Below, piece after piece: positions 1-10,073 of a stretch of DNA of 64,000 nt. The stretch comes from a virus. The notes below the pieces were generated by a model that had not been told where the DNA came from, did not search any database, and was given only the letters and a program-made list of their open reading frames with translations. A program made the position numbers and the translations under genes. The DNA lies in IMG/VR virus record IMGVR_UViG_3300037149_000100; one strand, written 5' to 3'. The stretch's first letter is position 1. Every line of letters begins with the position of its first letter.

Positions 1-1
1 T

Positions 2-67
2 GCCTCAGATGGTGTGGCCTACATGACTTGCACGGTGCCGGATATGATGGCTGAGGTGGGCGTATGA
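2..67 (+). CDS. 3' end of a CDS entering the window (partial, unknown product)
   Basis: Open frame ...ASDGVAYMTCTVPDMMAEVGV ending TGA at 65-67, converging on the 83..2881 gene. Confidence 0.5.
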   Translation, partial: ASDGVAYMTCTVPDMMAEVGV

Positions 68-90
68 GCTTACCCTTTCGGGTCAAGCTT
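67..90. terminator. Hairpin between convergent genes (possible bidirectional terminator)
   Basis: AGCTTACCC-TTTC-GGGT(C)AAGCT inverted repeat spanning the gap between two converging stop codons. Confidence 0.45.
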
Positions 91-2881
91 TCACCCATTT
101 CCCCTCGCTCCAGATATCTTTAATGGCTTTGGCTATCACTTCATTGGGGATGCTGGCCATACAAGCGTGGCAGGGGTGTGCATAATCCTGTCCAGGGGGA
201 TTGTCACATGGTCCTTGAGACATAGAGGAGATAGCGGGATCCTCTTTGTAACATGGACGACAGGGGAGTTTTACCCCAATGTTCAAGTTATGGTCATAAC
301 CAGAGCCTTGGGCACTCGTTGATCCCCAAATAATGACCGCAGGAACTTTATAGGGTCTGCCACCTTCTTTGCACCAAGTAAAATTGGTCACATGATTTGG
401 GAAAGAGTCTACGCCCACGTGCATTTTTGCATTAGCAATCAGATCGATAGCCAGCTTAAGAGTTTTTCCCATATGAGTATGATCCGCTCCAGGAATTTTT
501 GGGTCTCCCTCTCCACCAAGCTGCACAAATGGGATGCCAGGGCATTGCCTAACGATATCTTCCCAACGTTCAGCACTAATCGACTTGTACACTGACCACC
601 CAGCCTTTACCTGTATTGTTGCATAATTAGCTGGTAGCCCCAATTTTTCGAAATCAATACTCGGGGTATTCAGGCTCAAGGATGCCATCTCTTCAGGAAG
701 TCCCATCTCTTTCGCAAAATATTTAATTAAGTGCTGACGCATCTCTACGTTAGGGTAGCCCTCATGAAGAGGATAACCGATTAAATTGATTACTTTTTCA
801 TATTCATGCATTTTACTTGGCAATAGATTGAAGTCAAACCACTTATCAACACCCGCTGTATAAAATAGCTTTTCCAGTTCAGCCCCTATTGCAGGGTGAC
901 AGTAATAGTGTATTTCGCAACCAGGGTGCTTCCTTCTCAAGTCGGGTATCAAATTTAAGGAAATCAAAATGTCTCCCACTGCTCCCGGACGGTTAAGGGC
1001 TATTTTTTTAACCTTCTTCGTCGTTTTTTTTAGATAATTCTGAGAGATTACGGCTTGATTGAGCGCACTGACCCGCCGATCCCACTCCTTATCCTCACAC
1101 CCGATGTGTTTTGAGGCTTCGACAGCCCATTTGTAGGCCGCATCCTTGTCCCCAAGATTTTCATAGCAGAAAGACATTAGTCTTCTAGGCTGATCCTCAC
1201 TTTTGTTCATTTCCCGCCATAGTTCAGTGATCTCTATTTTACATTCCACAGCCCTATAGCAGTAGCCAACGCACTTTTGCCAGTCGCCATCCTGGAAGGC
1301 CATGTAGCCCAACTCCATCCAGAATTCAGCCCACTCTGGAGCCTTGGAGAGACCAAACAGGAGAGATTTCTCCGCTTCAGCCAACTTCCCACCGGCCCGT
1401 TCGCATCTTCCCTTGTAAAGGCAGGAAAATAGATACTCATCACGGAACGCATCTCCGAAATTGATTCGCATGTCATAATATTTGACGGCTTGGAGGTAAC
1501 GGCCTGCGTCCTTGTGGGTATTGGCCAGATAGAAAGCGGTTCGGGGGTTCGGATCCTCAGCAATTTCCTCCTCAAGGATACGGAGGTTGCGCTGGTTGGA
1601 ATTTTCACCCACACCAGGGGCTGCATCATGCCGGATGACAGTATCCTTGAGGGTGATTCCAGGGTGACCACCGTGGTTTGGATACTCGTGAATCCTACCC
1701 GAGAAGTCTATACCCAATCGTGTTTTCCACATCCTGTGATGCACCCATTGCATTTGCTGAGTGTCTATCATCATGCCAAATACTTTATACTGAGATAAAT
1801 ACACTGCTCGTTTAAAGTTAGCCGGTGTAAGCAGTTCATCATCCGCATCAAACCATACAAGGTAATCGGCGGTGGGAATCTGGTCAATTCGGTCCACAAA
1901 CACGTTTCGAGCCTTGCTGAAGTCCCAGAGCTTCCAATCCCCGGTCTCATCTTGTCTTGAGGCCCCCGTATAGGTTTCATAAAGTAACGGCTTTGACCAA
2001 GAAGCCCTCGCTACTTCTTCAGTTTTATCAGTGGAGCCAGTATCAATCATAACCAGTCCATCCACCACACTTTCAATGGACTTGAGGACACGAGGGAGGT
2101 CACGCTCTTCGTTTTTGACGATCATTCCACACCAAACCTCGGGCTTTTTCTGCAAGGGGCGTAGAACTAAGTCACGCTGGCCTCCACCCTCCATGGGAGA
2201 GGTCCAGTCAACAGTAAAGAGGTCTTGTCCTTGAACTAAAAGTTCAAGAAGGCTGGTCAGAGAGTGGAAGAACGGATGTATCGTATAGTGACCTTCATCT
2301 AGGTCTCGTTCAAATCCGCTTACTCCGTGATCGGGAAGACGCAAAAAGAGGACTCCATCATCAGCCAACAGACTTTTCATTTTACGCAAGGCTTCAAGAG
2401 GATTGTAAACATGCTCGAACATGTGGATCATAGTAATGACCTGGAACTTCTCCGTATGAGTCCATTCCCTAATCTGCTCCTCCGTTAGGGCCTCAAAATC
2501 AGCCATCAACATCGGAACTCCAAGTTCCTTACTATACTCAGGCACTATCTCTATGTTGTCCATTGCAAAGGCATCACAACCTAGTTGTTGAAAACAGTGG
2601 CTTAACCATGGCCACTTAGCCCCAATATCCAAGGTTTTCCCAGGCTTCCCACCCATAAAATTGGTAAAAATGCTCTCTGCGAGGGCTCGGTTAATGCCTT
2701 TCTCGTAATCTGACATCAGATGCCCGGTAAACCCGCCATTTTCATCTTTTTCATGGGCCGCTTCGTACACTTTTGGGGGCATGGGGCTTTGGAACCAACA
2801 GTCACAGTTGTTACACATCCAGTATGGGGAGCTACCACACTTTTGCGAGGTTTCAGTGGAACAGATGGGGCATTTGGTCAT
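83..2881 (-). CDS. Multidomain SAM-methyltransferase / GT2 glycosyltransferase / TPR / GT9-like glycosyltransferase fusion
   Basis: N-terminal CPIC..CNNC zinc ribbon, LDIGA motif I and HMFEHVYNP (Methyltransf_23-like); MIVKNEERDL, IDTGSTD, DFSKARN and DADD (GT2); helical TPR region; RPGAVGDIL and HVGVDS..H..PAVIIWG (GT9-like). Confidence 0.85.
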   Translation of the reverse strand: MTKCPICSTETSQKCGSSPYWMCNNCDCWFQSPMPPKVYEAAHEKDENGGFTGHLMSDYEKGINRALAESIFTNFMGGKPGKTLDIGAKWPWLSHCFQQLGCDAFAMDNIEIVPEYSKELGVPMLMADFEALTEEQIREWTHTEKFQVITMIHMFEHVYNPLEALRKMKSLLADDGVLFLRLPDHGVSGFERDLDEGHYTIHPFFHSLTSLLELLVQGQDLFTVDWTSPMEGGGQRDLVLRPLQKKPEVWCGMIVKNEERDLPRVLKSIESVVDGLVMIDTGSTDKTEEVARASWSKPLLYETYTGASRQDETGDWKLWDFSKARNVFVDRIDQIPTADYLVWFDADDELLTPANFKRAVYLSQYKVFGMMIDTQQMQWVHHRMWKTRLGIDFSGRIHEYPNHGGHPGITLKDTVIRHDAAPGVGENSNQRNLRILEEEIAEDPNPRTAFYLANTHKDAGRYLQAVKYYDMRINFGDAFRDEYLFSCLYKGRCERAGGKLAEAEKSLLFGLSKAPEWAEFWMELGYMAFQDGDWQKCVGYCYRAVECKIEITELWREMNKSEDQPRRLMSFCYENLGDKDAAYKWAVEASKHIGCEDKEWDRRVSALNQAVISQNYLKKTTKKVKKIALNRPGAVGDILISLNLIPDLRRKHPGCEIHYYCHPAIGAELEKLFYTAGVDKWFDFNLLPSKMHEYEKVINLIGYPLHEGYPNVEMRQHLIKYFAKEMGLPEEMASLSLNTPSIDFEKLGLPANYATIQVKAGWSVYKSISAERWEDIVRQCPGIPFVQLGGEGDPKIPGADHTHMGKTLKLAIDLIANAKMHVGVDSFPNHVTNFTWCKEGGRPYKVPAVIIWGSTSAQGSGYDHNLNIGVKLPCRPCYKEDPAISSMSQGPCDNPPGQDYAHPCHACMASIPNEVIAKAIKDIWSEGKWVKA

Positions 2882-2996
2882 TTAATCTCCTTGTGAGTCC
2901 TGCTACTTCTCACTCATTCTCATACTAATACTCCATTCCAGACCAAACCGTGCAGTATTTTCAAATATCAGCCCCTTTTAGAGAGGTGGTAGTATC

Positions 2997-3419
2997 ATGT
3001 TCAAGTTTTCTGCAAAGCTCCTGGCCACAGACGCATGGGATGGGATTGATATCAAACTTCACAACCGTGAGCAGGATTTGTGGTCCAGACAGGTCTGGCG
3101 TGGCCTTAACGACCAATTTAACCAACTTAGAGAACAATATAAAATCAAAGGTGTGGCTCTCAAGGAATGGCTCAAGGAATATGGCATCGGAGGGCTCGTG
3201 CAGTCCAAGGATCAGGTCATTGTTGGAGCGATGAGAGATATTGCCAAAATGTTGGATGAAACGGTGAAATCCAACAAGGAAGGTGGAACCTTCCGACAGA
3301 ATGAGATCCAGGCGTTCAAGAACGAGTATGGCACCAATCGGATCGACTGGTTGTATGCGTTGAACGGTCAGAAACGTAGTAGTAAGAGTCGTAAGGTTTG
3401 CTCAGGTCTGTTGGAGTAG
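2997..3419 (+). CDS. Hypothetical protein
   Basis: 140-aa ORF with GAGGT SD; N-terminus MFKFSAKLLA resembles the leaders of the 31602 and 40404 ORFs. Confidence 0.7.
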   Translation: MFKFSAKLLATDAWDGIDIKLHNREQDLWSRQVWRGLNDQFNQLREQYKIKGVALKEWLKEYGIGGLVQSKDQVIVGAMRDIAKMLDETVKSNKEGGTFRQNEIQAFKNEYGTNRIDWLYALNGQKRSSKSRKVCSGLLE

Positions 3420-4174
3420 TGGTGGACATCCAGTCTATTGTCAGAAAATATATCGACATGATGCCTAAATCCCAGACTGGGTTGACAATGCCAATGCCTA
3501 AAATTGCGATTGTCAATGCGCTAACCACTAAATGGAACGGGATCACCGTTTGGGATGGTAAGGGTTTGGACACAGTAGTTATCAAGCTCCAGAAACGAAT
3601 TACCAAGGATGAGCCCTCGCTTAACCGCACCATCGCTCATGAAGTCTGCCACGCCTGGGCCTTTTGGATGGTGGGGATCAATGAAGAGCGGAGCCCTTGG
3701 CATCGCGGTCACTCTGCTACGGGTGGGTGGTACAGGGCTGCTCAGATTGTGAATCAGCACGAGGGCAATCCGGAATTTGTGACTGAGTTTTCTGATGAGG
3801 CGATTGTGGTTAATAACGATAGAGAGTTTTATGTGTTTATTAAGAAGACCTCCAGAGGGGTATTTTGGGCATGGTTTAGTCGAGTTACTGATAATCTAGC
3901 TAGACAACTTCGATATCAAATCACAGATGGTGAGGTCAATAACTACCCCATGACCGTCATCAAGACTTCTGACGCCCGATTCCTTCTCCCCGGAGCTAAG
4001 CTGCCAAGATGTGCGAGACCGGTTGAAATGCCGGAAAACTTGACTCAAAAGATTGAAGAGGCGCTCATGAGAGACCCCCTTACCATAGACACTCCTAGAG
4101 ATATCAAGACAATCGTCTCTCAGGCCAAGCTGGCAACAGGGAAGCATAAACGGGAAGCCCATTTCCTAGTTTAA
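3419..4174 (+). CDS. SprT-like zinc metalloprotease domain protein (start uncertain, GTG near 3419/3422)
   Basis: TIAHEVCHA (HExxH) followed by GHS..GW, an SprT-like arrangement. Confidence 0.7.
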   Translation: MVDIQSIVRKYIDMMPKSQTGLTMPMPKIAIVNALTTKWNGITVWDGKGLDTVVIKLQKRITKDEPSLNRTIAHEVCHAWAFWMVGINEERSPWHRGHSATGGWYRAAQIVNQHEGNPEFVTEFSDEAIVVNNDREFYVFIKKTSRGVFWAWFSRVTDNLARQLRYQITDGEVNNYPMTVIKTSDARFLLPGAKLPRCARPVEMPENLTQKIEEALMRDPLTIDTPRDIKTIVSQAKLATGKHKREAHFLV

Positions 4175-4327
4175 TTTCTCCATTAAAAGCTGCCGCAGGA
4201 TACAAATACGAGTATCAAAGTAGATGCTAAGGTTCAGTAGATTTTCACTGTTCTTGCGCCTCCGCAAGGTGACCCCACCCGCTACGGATGCCTCAATCCC
4301 CGTGGTAACATGGGCCGGAAGGTGTGT

Positions 4328-4735
4328 ATGTCAAAAAAGAGTTATTCCGACATTGTTTGTTTGGTTCGTAACGAAATTGATTCGATACGAAAACGAGATG
4401 GAGAGCTTGCCCCGTCCGCTTATCTGGTTATGGAGATTGCAACACGCATGAAGAACGTCCAGCCATGGGACGGATATGATTCGACTGCCACCCTAGCTCT
4501 GAACCTCAGAGGAGTTGTTGAAGAGATGCTCAAGGGGAAGAAGAACCCTCTCCGTCAGGTGGATCCGAAGAAGCCGGAGGATCCGGACATGGAAGTAATT
4601 TGGATCAGCCCTAATGAGTATGACAACCTGGAAGATTCACTTGGTAACAAACAATTAGTGGGGCGATCCGTTGACCGGTGCCCCACCCTGACCAAAAAAG
4701 AGAAATTGAAGAAGAAACTCAGACAAGCTAGTTAG
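4328..4735 (+). CDS. Hypothetical protein
   Basis: ORF 4310..4735; ATG at 4328 follows GGAAGGTG; basic C-terminus. Confidence 0.6.
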   Translation: MSKKSYSDIVCLVRNEIDSIRKRDGELAPSAYLVMEIATRMKNVQPWDGYDSTATLALNLRGVVEEMLKGKKNPLRQVDPKKPEDPDMEVIWISPNEYDNLEDSLGNKQLVGRSVDRCPTLTKKEKLKKKLRQAS

Positions 4736-5379
4736 ATGGGGTGCCCGAAATCTGTAATATCTGGATCCGACATGCCCCGGAAGAAGTGCCATTTATCATC
4801 TACTCCTTCAACTACTTGAGGATCATACCAATGACAGGGGTCGGGGCTTTCTTCAATGAACTCGTCAGAAATGATGTAATCCACAGAATGATGTAGGTCT
4901 TCCAAGGTGCCACAGTTGACAATCACATGGTCAAAGCCCTCATAGGATAGCATGTCCACTTCAGATGCATGGCGGGCCACTTCCCCACTCACTCGCTCCC
5001 CTGCCTCCCTCTCTTCATCCGTCCTGACAATTTTGACCAGAAAGAATCCAGCCTTTTTAAGAGCCTCAAATTCGTTGTAGAACCTCGCATCCGTCACAAT
5101 AACGTTTGTATTTGGGTCGGTTTCCTCCACTTCTTTAATTAGTAGATTGATCCAAACGTTGGGGTCCTTGGCTCTGAATAGTTCAGTGCCCACGGTTTGA
5201 AGGAACTCTCGCCATTTCTCCCTAGGCATCCCACATCTATCTTGAGCGTAATACATGATGTCATAGAGGGGCTGAGCGAACTTCTTGATCACCCCTCCGT
5301 GTTTTTTGATAATATACTCCCCACATGTGTCTTTGCCAGATCTCATCAATCCGCTGAACGCAATTCTGATTTGCCTCAT
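4732..5379 (-). CDS. Deoxynucleoside monophosphate kinase (T4 gp1-like)
   Basis: AFSGLMRSGKDT P-loop, FAQPL, REFLQTVGTE, IVTDARFYNE, HASE; ATGA overlap with the helicase stop. Confidence 0.88.
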   Translation of the reverse strand: MRQIRIAFSGLMRSGKDTCGEYIIKKHGGVIKKFAQPLYDIMYYAQDRCGMPREKWREFLQTVGTELFRAKDPNVWINLLIKEVEETDPNTNVIVTDARFYNEFEALKKAGFFLVKIVRTDEEREAGERVSGEVARHASEVDMLSYEGFDHVIVNCGTLEDLHHSVDYIISDEFIEESPDPCHWYDPQVVEGVDDKWHFFRGMSDPDITDFGHPI

Positions 5380-7289
5380 TTGCACACCCCTAACTCGGTT
5401 AAGAACCTACTCGGTGCCACCCACTGTGGTTCCTTGTAGGCGAACTCAATTGCAGCGGGGACGCCCAATATTAACGTGTCCTTAGCTCTAGTACACGCCA
5501 CGTATAGAAGCCGCCTTTCCTCAGAAATCTCATCATCACTTTGACAGAACTTATGAGGTAAACTTCCGTCGAAGAGGTTGGTTACATAAACGGTTTTCCA
5601 TTCGAGCCCCTTAGCTGCATGGATGGTGCTGATGATGACCTTACCTTCCCCACCGATGTCTTTTTGATCCTGCATGGTTAGCTGGAACACCACATCGTCA
5701 ATCGTCATCTCCCTCTCAGCCATCAACGCATTGATCATCTCTTTCAGCCGCACGATGTTATTCAGCTTTTGTTCAATCTTGTCCTTGTGCTTTTCATATT
5801 TCTTCTTCAAATACGCTTCATATCCAATCGCTTTGACCAAATAATCAATTGCATCAGAGGGATTTGCTGAGCGTTTCACTAATTCGTCTATAATATTGAT
5901 GTAACCCCCCAATTTTTGGAACTGTGCGCCTTTTAGACTTTGAACCAGATCCCCATCGTGCCGAAGATTGGCATTCAGGAGCACCTTTTCCAACGCCGCA
6001 TCACCCACTCCCCGCTTTGGCACCATACTGGACCGCCGCATGGCTGAAAAATCACGAGGATTTGACGCGATTTTGAGGTAAGAAAGGATATCCTTGACTT
6101 CTTCAGCCTGCAAGAGCCCCATCGCCCCCCTGACGATATAAGGGATGCGGTTTTTGACTAATTCGGTCTCAATGTCGCGCACCTGAGACCCCGCACGGAC
6201 CAAAATAGCGATATCCTTGTAATGGACTTTGCCATTTCGATTGATGATTTCGTTGCTGATGTTCTCAGCCAAGTCTCTGGGGGTGTTGGAGTGCCGGAGA
6301 ATGATTTGTCCATGCTCATTCTTCCCACCACGATGAGATTCCATCCGGAGAGGGATCGTATCGGTCATGAAGGTCTGGACTTTGTTCGCCAAGGTGACAA
6401 TTTCAGGGACTGAACGGTGATTTTGCTCCAATTTGTAGAGTTTGGGCTGAACACCCCGCCACTCCTTAGTGTAATTCATGAGAATGCTAGGATTAGCCCC
6501 TTGAAACCCAAAAATGGACTGATTTACGTCCCCTACACATAACATATTGAAGTTTCCGGGAGGTAATAGAAGATTGATAAGATCCCATTGGATTTGATTG
6601 GTATCCTGGGACTCATCTTGAAGCACAAAATCGAATTGCTTCTGCAAGTTGGCTAACCACCGCTCATCCGACTGCCCTCTTCGGACAAACAGATGGATCA
6701 TATCATCAAAATCAACCACAGAATCATGGGTTTTTTGTTTTTCATAGGCTGCCCAGATATCAAGCTCTTCATTGTTCATCGCATGATAGCCCGCATGGGC
6801 CACCAGAGCCTTCTGATGCACCTCAGCGGTGTAATCGACCCTGAACCCCACTCCTCTGGCCCGATGGTAACCCAACTTGTCCTTGAGCAGGTATGGGTTG
6901 AGGATATCACCCAATTCTCGGTCCTCAATCAGCTTTTTCAGCATTTCCTTCTGGTCATACTCATCCAGAGGGGTGACTTTCTCATTCAGACCGAATCCCT
7001 TCGGTGCCCTGCGGATTGCACTCAATGCCAGGGAGTGGATGGTGCCGATCCAGGGGTGATTGGGCTCCGCTGCCATGCCGACCCGTTCCAGGATCTCGTT
7101 TGCAGCCTTGTTCGTAAAAGTCAGGGCAAGTATCCGTTTTGGACTGATCCCTTCATCTATAAGATGCTTGATACGGGCCGTAAGGGTTGTCGTTTTTCCG
7201 CTCCCGGCCCCCGCGATGATTGCGGCAGGGGCTCCGATGGGGTGAGAGACGGCTAGAGATTGTTCGGGGTTCAGAGCAGAGAAGTCCAT
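5376..7289 (-). CDS. uvrD: UvrD/PcrA/Rep SF1 DNA helicase
   Basis: AGAGSGKT, LTFTNKAA, QDESQD, VGDVNQSIFGFQGA, LEQNHRS, STIHAAKGLEW, EERRLLYVACTRAK. Confidence 0.95.
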   Translation of the reverse strand: MDFSALNPEQSLAVSHPIGAPAAIIAGAGSGKTTTLTARIKHLIDEGISPKRILALTFTNKAANEILERVGMAAEPNHPWIGTIHSLALSAIRRAPKGFGLNEKVTPLDEYDQKEMLKKLIEDRELGDILNPYLLKDKLGYHRARGVGFRVDYTAEVHQKALVAHAGYHAMNNEELDIWAAYEKQKTHDSVVDFDDMIHLFVRRGQSDERWLANLQKQFDFVLQDESQDTNQIQWDLINLLLPPGNFNMLCVGDVNQSIFGFQGANPSILMNYTKEWRGVQPKLYKLEQNHRSVPEIVTLANKVQTFMTDTIPLRMESHRGGKNEHGQIILRHSNTPRDLAENISNEIINRNGKVHYKDIAILVRAGSQVRDIETELVKNRIPYIVRGAMGLLQAEEVKDILSYLKIASNPRDFSAMRRSSMVPKRGVGDAALEKVLLNANLRHDGDLVQSLKGAQFQKLGGYINIIDELVKRSANPSDAIDYLVKAIGYEAYLKKKYEKHKDKIEQKLNNIVRLKEMINALMAEREMTIDDVVFQLTMQDQKDIGGEGKVIISTIHAAKGLEWKTVYVTNLFDGSLPHKFCQSDDEISEERRLLYVACTRAKDTLILGVPAAIEFAYKEPQWVAPSRFLTELGVCK

Positions 7290-7294
7290 ACAGG

Positions 7295-7303
7295 ATATTA
7301 CTC
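7295..7303 (-). promoter_or_regulatory. Class-A motif GAGTAWTAK (candidate promoter), 5 nt before the helicase ATG
   Basis: GAGTAATAT-CCTGT-ATG; same motif at 2925(-), 26422, 27706, 33060, 46428, 47373 and 59165. Confidence 0.6.
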
Positions 7304-7342
7304 AAAACTTTCCGTCTACCCATGCCTTTGGTGAGGATTCAT

Positions 7343-8206
7343 ATGATAGCAATTGCATCTGGTCGGCAGCTTGGTCCTGGGGATCTCTCGATCACCATCC
7401 GAGATGAGCACGGGGCTCCCTTTAACCCTGCGACCATCTCTTATAGCCTCTTTTCCGTAGTCAATGGGGTTGAAACTCTCATGAGCCAACCCAATCTGAC
7501 CCCTCAGCAGAGGTGGACGGGTGTCTATTACGTTCAGATGGCTATCCCCACCATTTGGACCGGCCAATTCAAATTAGTTTGGTATGTGAATCAAAATGCT
7601 GGCGATCCCATCACTACTATTTATGAAGATTTTGAAATAGTGGAGTTTAATCCCCCAACCAACTCTGTGGAGGCGATGAGTGTCTACCTCTCCATGCGTC
7701 CTGGGGTGACCCCGCAGACGGCTGAACTGGTTATGAGGGTTCGGGAACTTCTTTCAGACACAAATCCTGATCGTAATTATCATTTCCGGCCCCCAACCCC
7801 TGCAAAGACTGTGGCGGGTTATACCTCCAGAGTTGGCTTCATCTGGGAAGATCATACCATTATTCGTGCTCTTAAACTAACTATTGCTCAGCTTAATTCT
7901 TGGAACCCTATGACTCTCTATAATTATTCACTTGACACCCTCCCGGTATCAGTGGGTGGAAGTAATTTTGGTGAAGCCGCAGCGTTAGGTGCCGCTGCTA
8001 AATGTCTGTCATCTGAAGGGGCTCGTTGGGCCGCTGAAGAGTTTGGGTACAGCTTGAATGGGGTAAGTTTGGATATAAATAAGGCTGCAACTTACCAAAA
8101 TCTGGCCAGTGCGTACGAGGCGGAGTTCCAAGTATGGGCACCCCTACTAACTGCTGTGCGCCCTGCGTCAGTTGGGTTGCGCCAATCTCGTTGGCTTTTA
8201 GGTTAA
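7343..8206 (+). CDS. Putative virion structural protein (head-tail adaptor/neck candidate)
   Basis: ATG at 7343 after GAGG; first gene of the structural run; Ig-like N-half and helical C-half with FGYSLNGVSLDI. Confidence 0.5.
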   Translation: MIAIASGRQLGPGDLSITIRDEHGAPFNPATISYSLFSVVNGVETLMSQPNLTPQQRWTGVYYVQMAIPTIWTGQFKLVWYVNQNAGDPITTIYEDFEIVEFNPPTNSVEAMSVYLSMRPGVTPQTAELVMRVRELLSDTNPDRNYHFRPPTPAKTVAGYTSRVGFIWEDHTIIRALKLTIAQLNSWNPMTLYNYSLDTLPVSVGGSNFGEAAALGAAAKCLSSEGARWAAEEFGYSLNGVSLDINKAATYQNLASAYEAEFQVWAPLLTAVRPASVGLRQSRWLLG

Positions 8207-8236
8207 ATCATATCAACACTTACATTGGATTAACTC

Positions 8237-9586
8237 ATGGCAGAACTCCACTTTAATCATCCAGAGGACCACAATCCTCGTCAACATATGCACGTAGAGC
8301 ACCCACCAATGGTGCAGAACCTTATTGTTTTGAACAGCGATTACAACGGCTCCAGGGACCTCTGCTGGACTAATTTGGGTGATAAGAATGTAGTCGGCTA
8401 TAACATATATAGAGCGTACGACTCCCCTACCGCATGGTCGCTTCTTAACACCACAGATCCGCTCCCCATCCCCTTCTATCGTGATCAAACTACTTACAAA
8501 ACCGTAACCTACACGGTGCAGCCTGCTGATTGGGTTAGCTTTGGTGGGGATGGCTCCTATGTGTTCAAGATTCCCACGGCCCCCATTTGGTCCGTTCCGG
8601 TTCCAAAGCGACACCCCACCGTAGCAAACAATCCGGCTGATGTACAACTCACTATTGATGGTGAGTTTGTCCCGGTTGCCAGGGTGGATGGCCAAGAAGC
8701 GTTGATTTACATTCAACAATATGGTCTTGCAGGAGGTGGTTCCGTCACAGTCTTACCGACAACGGACTTTGTTCCAAATCAGATTACTACACATAGCGTG
8801 ACCGTCACTTATTATACCCTATTGAACTATGTGGACATTTATTTGGCTGGGGCGGCAGGAACTCGCACCTTTTATACGGTCGTTCCGGTCATGGCTGGAG
8901 GTTACGAGGCCCACAAGCCTGGGTTCTTCGGCACGGAGATGAAAACCACCTATGAGATTGACAGCATGGACTACATGTTGGCTGAAATGGTTCGAAGAAA
9001 TGCGTTTATCTTTGAACAATCGGGTGAGCCCGCTAATTTGATGATTCGTCGCACCAAAGGGACTCCTTGCGGCTGCTTGGTTGCGAATGGAGAGCCCCGC
9101 ACCGGTTGTAATTCATGCTATGAGACTGGAATCATTGGCGGTTACTACGGCCCATACGAGATTTTGTTTATCGATCCAGATGTGGCAGCAACCCGAACTA
9201 TAAATGAAGGTGGAGTGAAAGTGGAACGTCAAAGCCGCTCCTACTTGGGACCCACCCCGTTGATTGCAGCGGGTGATTTCATCGTTCGCCGCAATGGTGA
9301 GCGTTTGGTCATCTCAGACCCAGTTTACAAGTCCCCTCGTGGGGTTTTGGTGCAGCAGGACTTCAATGTGAACCTCTTGGGTGCCAATGATACTCGATAC
9401 CAGATTCCTTTGGTCTCGCCGCAGCCCCCAGTTCTGCCAATCAAAACTTATGATCCTCGTTTTGTCGAAAAACGTGAACTTCCGGCTGAACCGCTCACCG
9501 ATCCGACCGATAATCCGGATAAGCAGTGGGATAATGAGAAGAAGCCCAAGGGGCGCACCGTTGTCTTCGGCAACATCGAAACCTAA
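8237..9586 (+). CDS. Putative neck/head-closure protein with zinc-binding loop
   Basis: RRTKGTPCGC...CNSCYETGIIGGY resembles the CxC..CxxC-G motif of large-myophage neck proteins; lies upstream of the sheath gene. Confidence 0.55.
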   Translation: MAELHFNHPEDHNPRQHMHVEHPPMVQNLIVLNSDYNGSRDLCWTNLGDKNVVGYNIYRAYDSPTAWSLLNTTDPLPIPFYRDQTTYKTVTYTVQPADWVSFGGDGSYVFKIPTAPIWSVPVPKRHPTVANNPADVQLTIDGEFVPVARVDGQEALIYIQQYGLAGGGSVTVLPTTDFVPNQITTHSVTVTYYTLLNYVDIYLAGAAGTRTFYTVVPVMAGGYEAHKPGFFGTEMKTTYEIDSMDYMLAEMVRRNAFIFEQSGEPANLMIRRTKGTPCGCLVANGEPRTGCNSCYETGIIGGYYGPYEILFIDPDVAATRTINEGGVKVERQSRSYLGPTPLIAAGDFIVRRNGERLVISDPVYKSPRGVLVQQDFNVNLLGANDTRYQIPLVSPQPPVLPIKTYDPRFVEKRELPAEPLTDPTDNPDKQWDNEKKPKGRTVVFGNIET

Positions 9587-9613
9587 TATTCATCCCCGCG
9601 AAGGATCATTCGA

Positions 9614-10021
9614 ATGCTCACAACCGATATCATTCATAGTTTATCCGACACAAGGCTTTATTCTAAGCCGCTCCGACAGGCCTTAGAATCAAAGGTGATA
9701 ATCAATCCGGAGTGGGCCTACTGGTATGCTCGGAGTGTGATGAAACAAAGATGGCCGGAGGCGGAGCCGGTTATCGCTAAGAATCCAAAGTATGCCTACC
9801 GGTATGCTCGGGATGTGATGAAACAAAGATGGCCGGAGGCGGAGCCGACGATTCGGACTGATCCGCAGTGGGCCTACCGGTATGCTCGGGATGTGATGAA
9901 ACAAAGATGGCCGGAGGCGGAGCCGACGATTCGGACTGATCCGCAGTGGGCCTACTGGTATGCTCGGGATGTGATGAAACTAAACATGACGCAAGCGAAG
10001 AAATGGAGTAAGGGAAAATAA
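9614..10021 (+). CDS. 26-aa tandem-repeat protein, copy 1 (WAYxYARDVMKQRWPEAEP family)
   Basis: Three full 78-bp units, a partial unit and a cap; paralogues at 30787-31287 and 46469-46807. Confidence 0.8.
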   Translation: MLTTDIIHSLSDTRLYSKPLRQALESKVIINPEWAYWYARSVMKQRWPEAEPVIAKNPKYAYRYARDVMKQRWPEAEPTIRTDPQWAYRYARDVMKQRWPEAEPTIRTDPQWAYWYARDVMKLNMTQAKKWSKGK

Positions 10022-10073
10022 TCGGCACCGGCCTCAAATAATAACTTCCCATCTCCTATCATAGAGGTTACTC

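Noticed and set aside
3398-3422. Frameshift fusion of ORF 2997 with the SprT-like ORF
   Set aside because: The overlap disappears if the GTG after GGAG is the start; no slippery site seen
4175-4327. Riboswitch in the long leader before 4328
   Set aside because: Only modest hairpins (GCTACGG/CCGTGGT) and no recognisable aptamer consensus
9700-9980. 78-bp tandem repeats as a CRISPR array (also 30820-31200)
   Set aside because: Units are contiguous, in-frame and coding, with no unique spacers and no cas genes in the window
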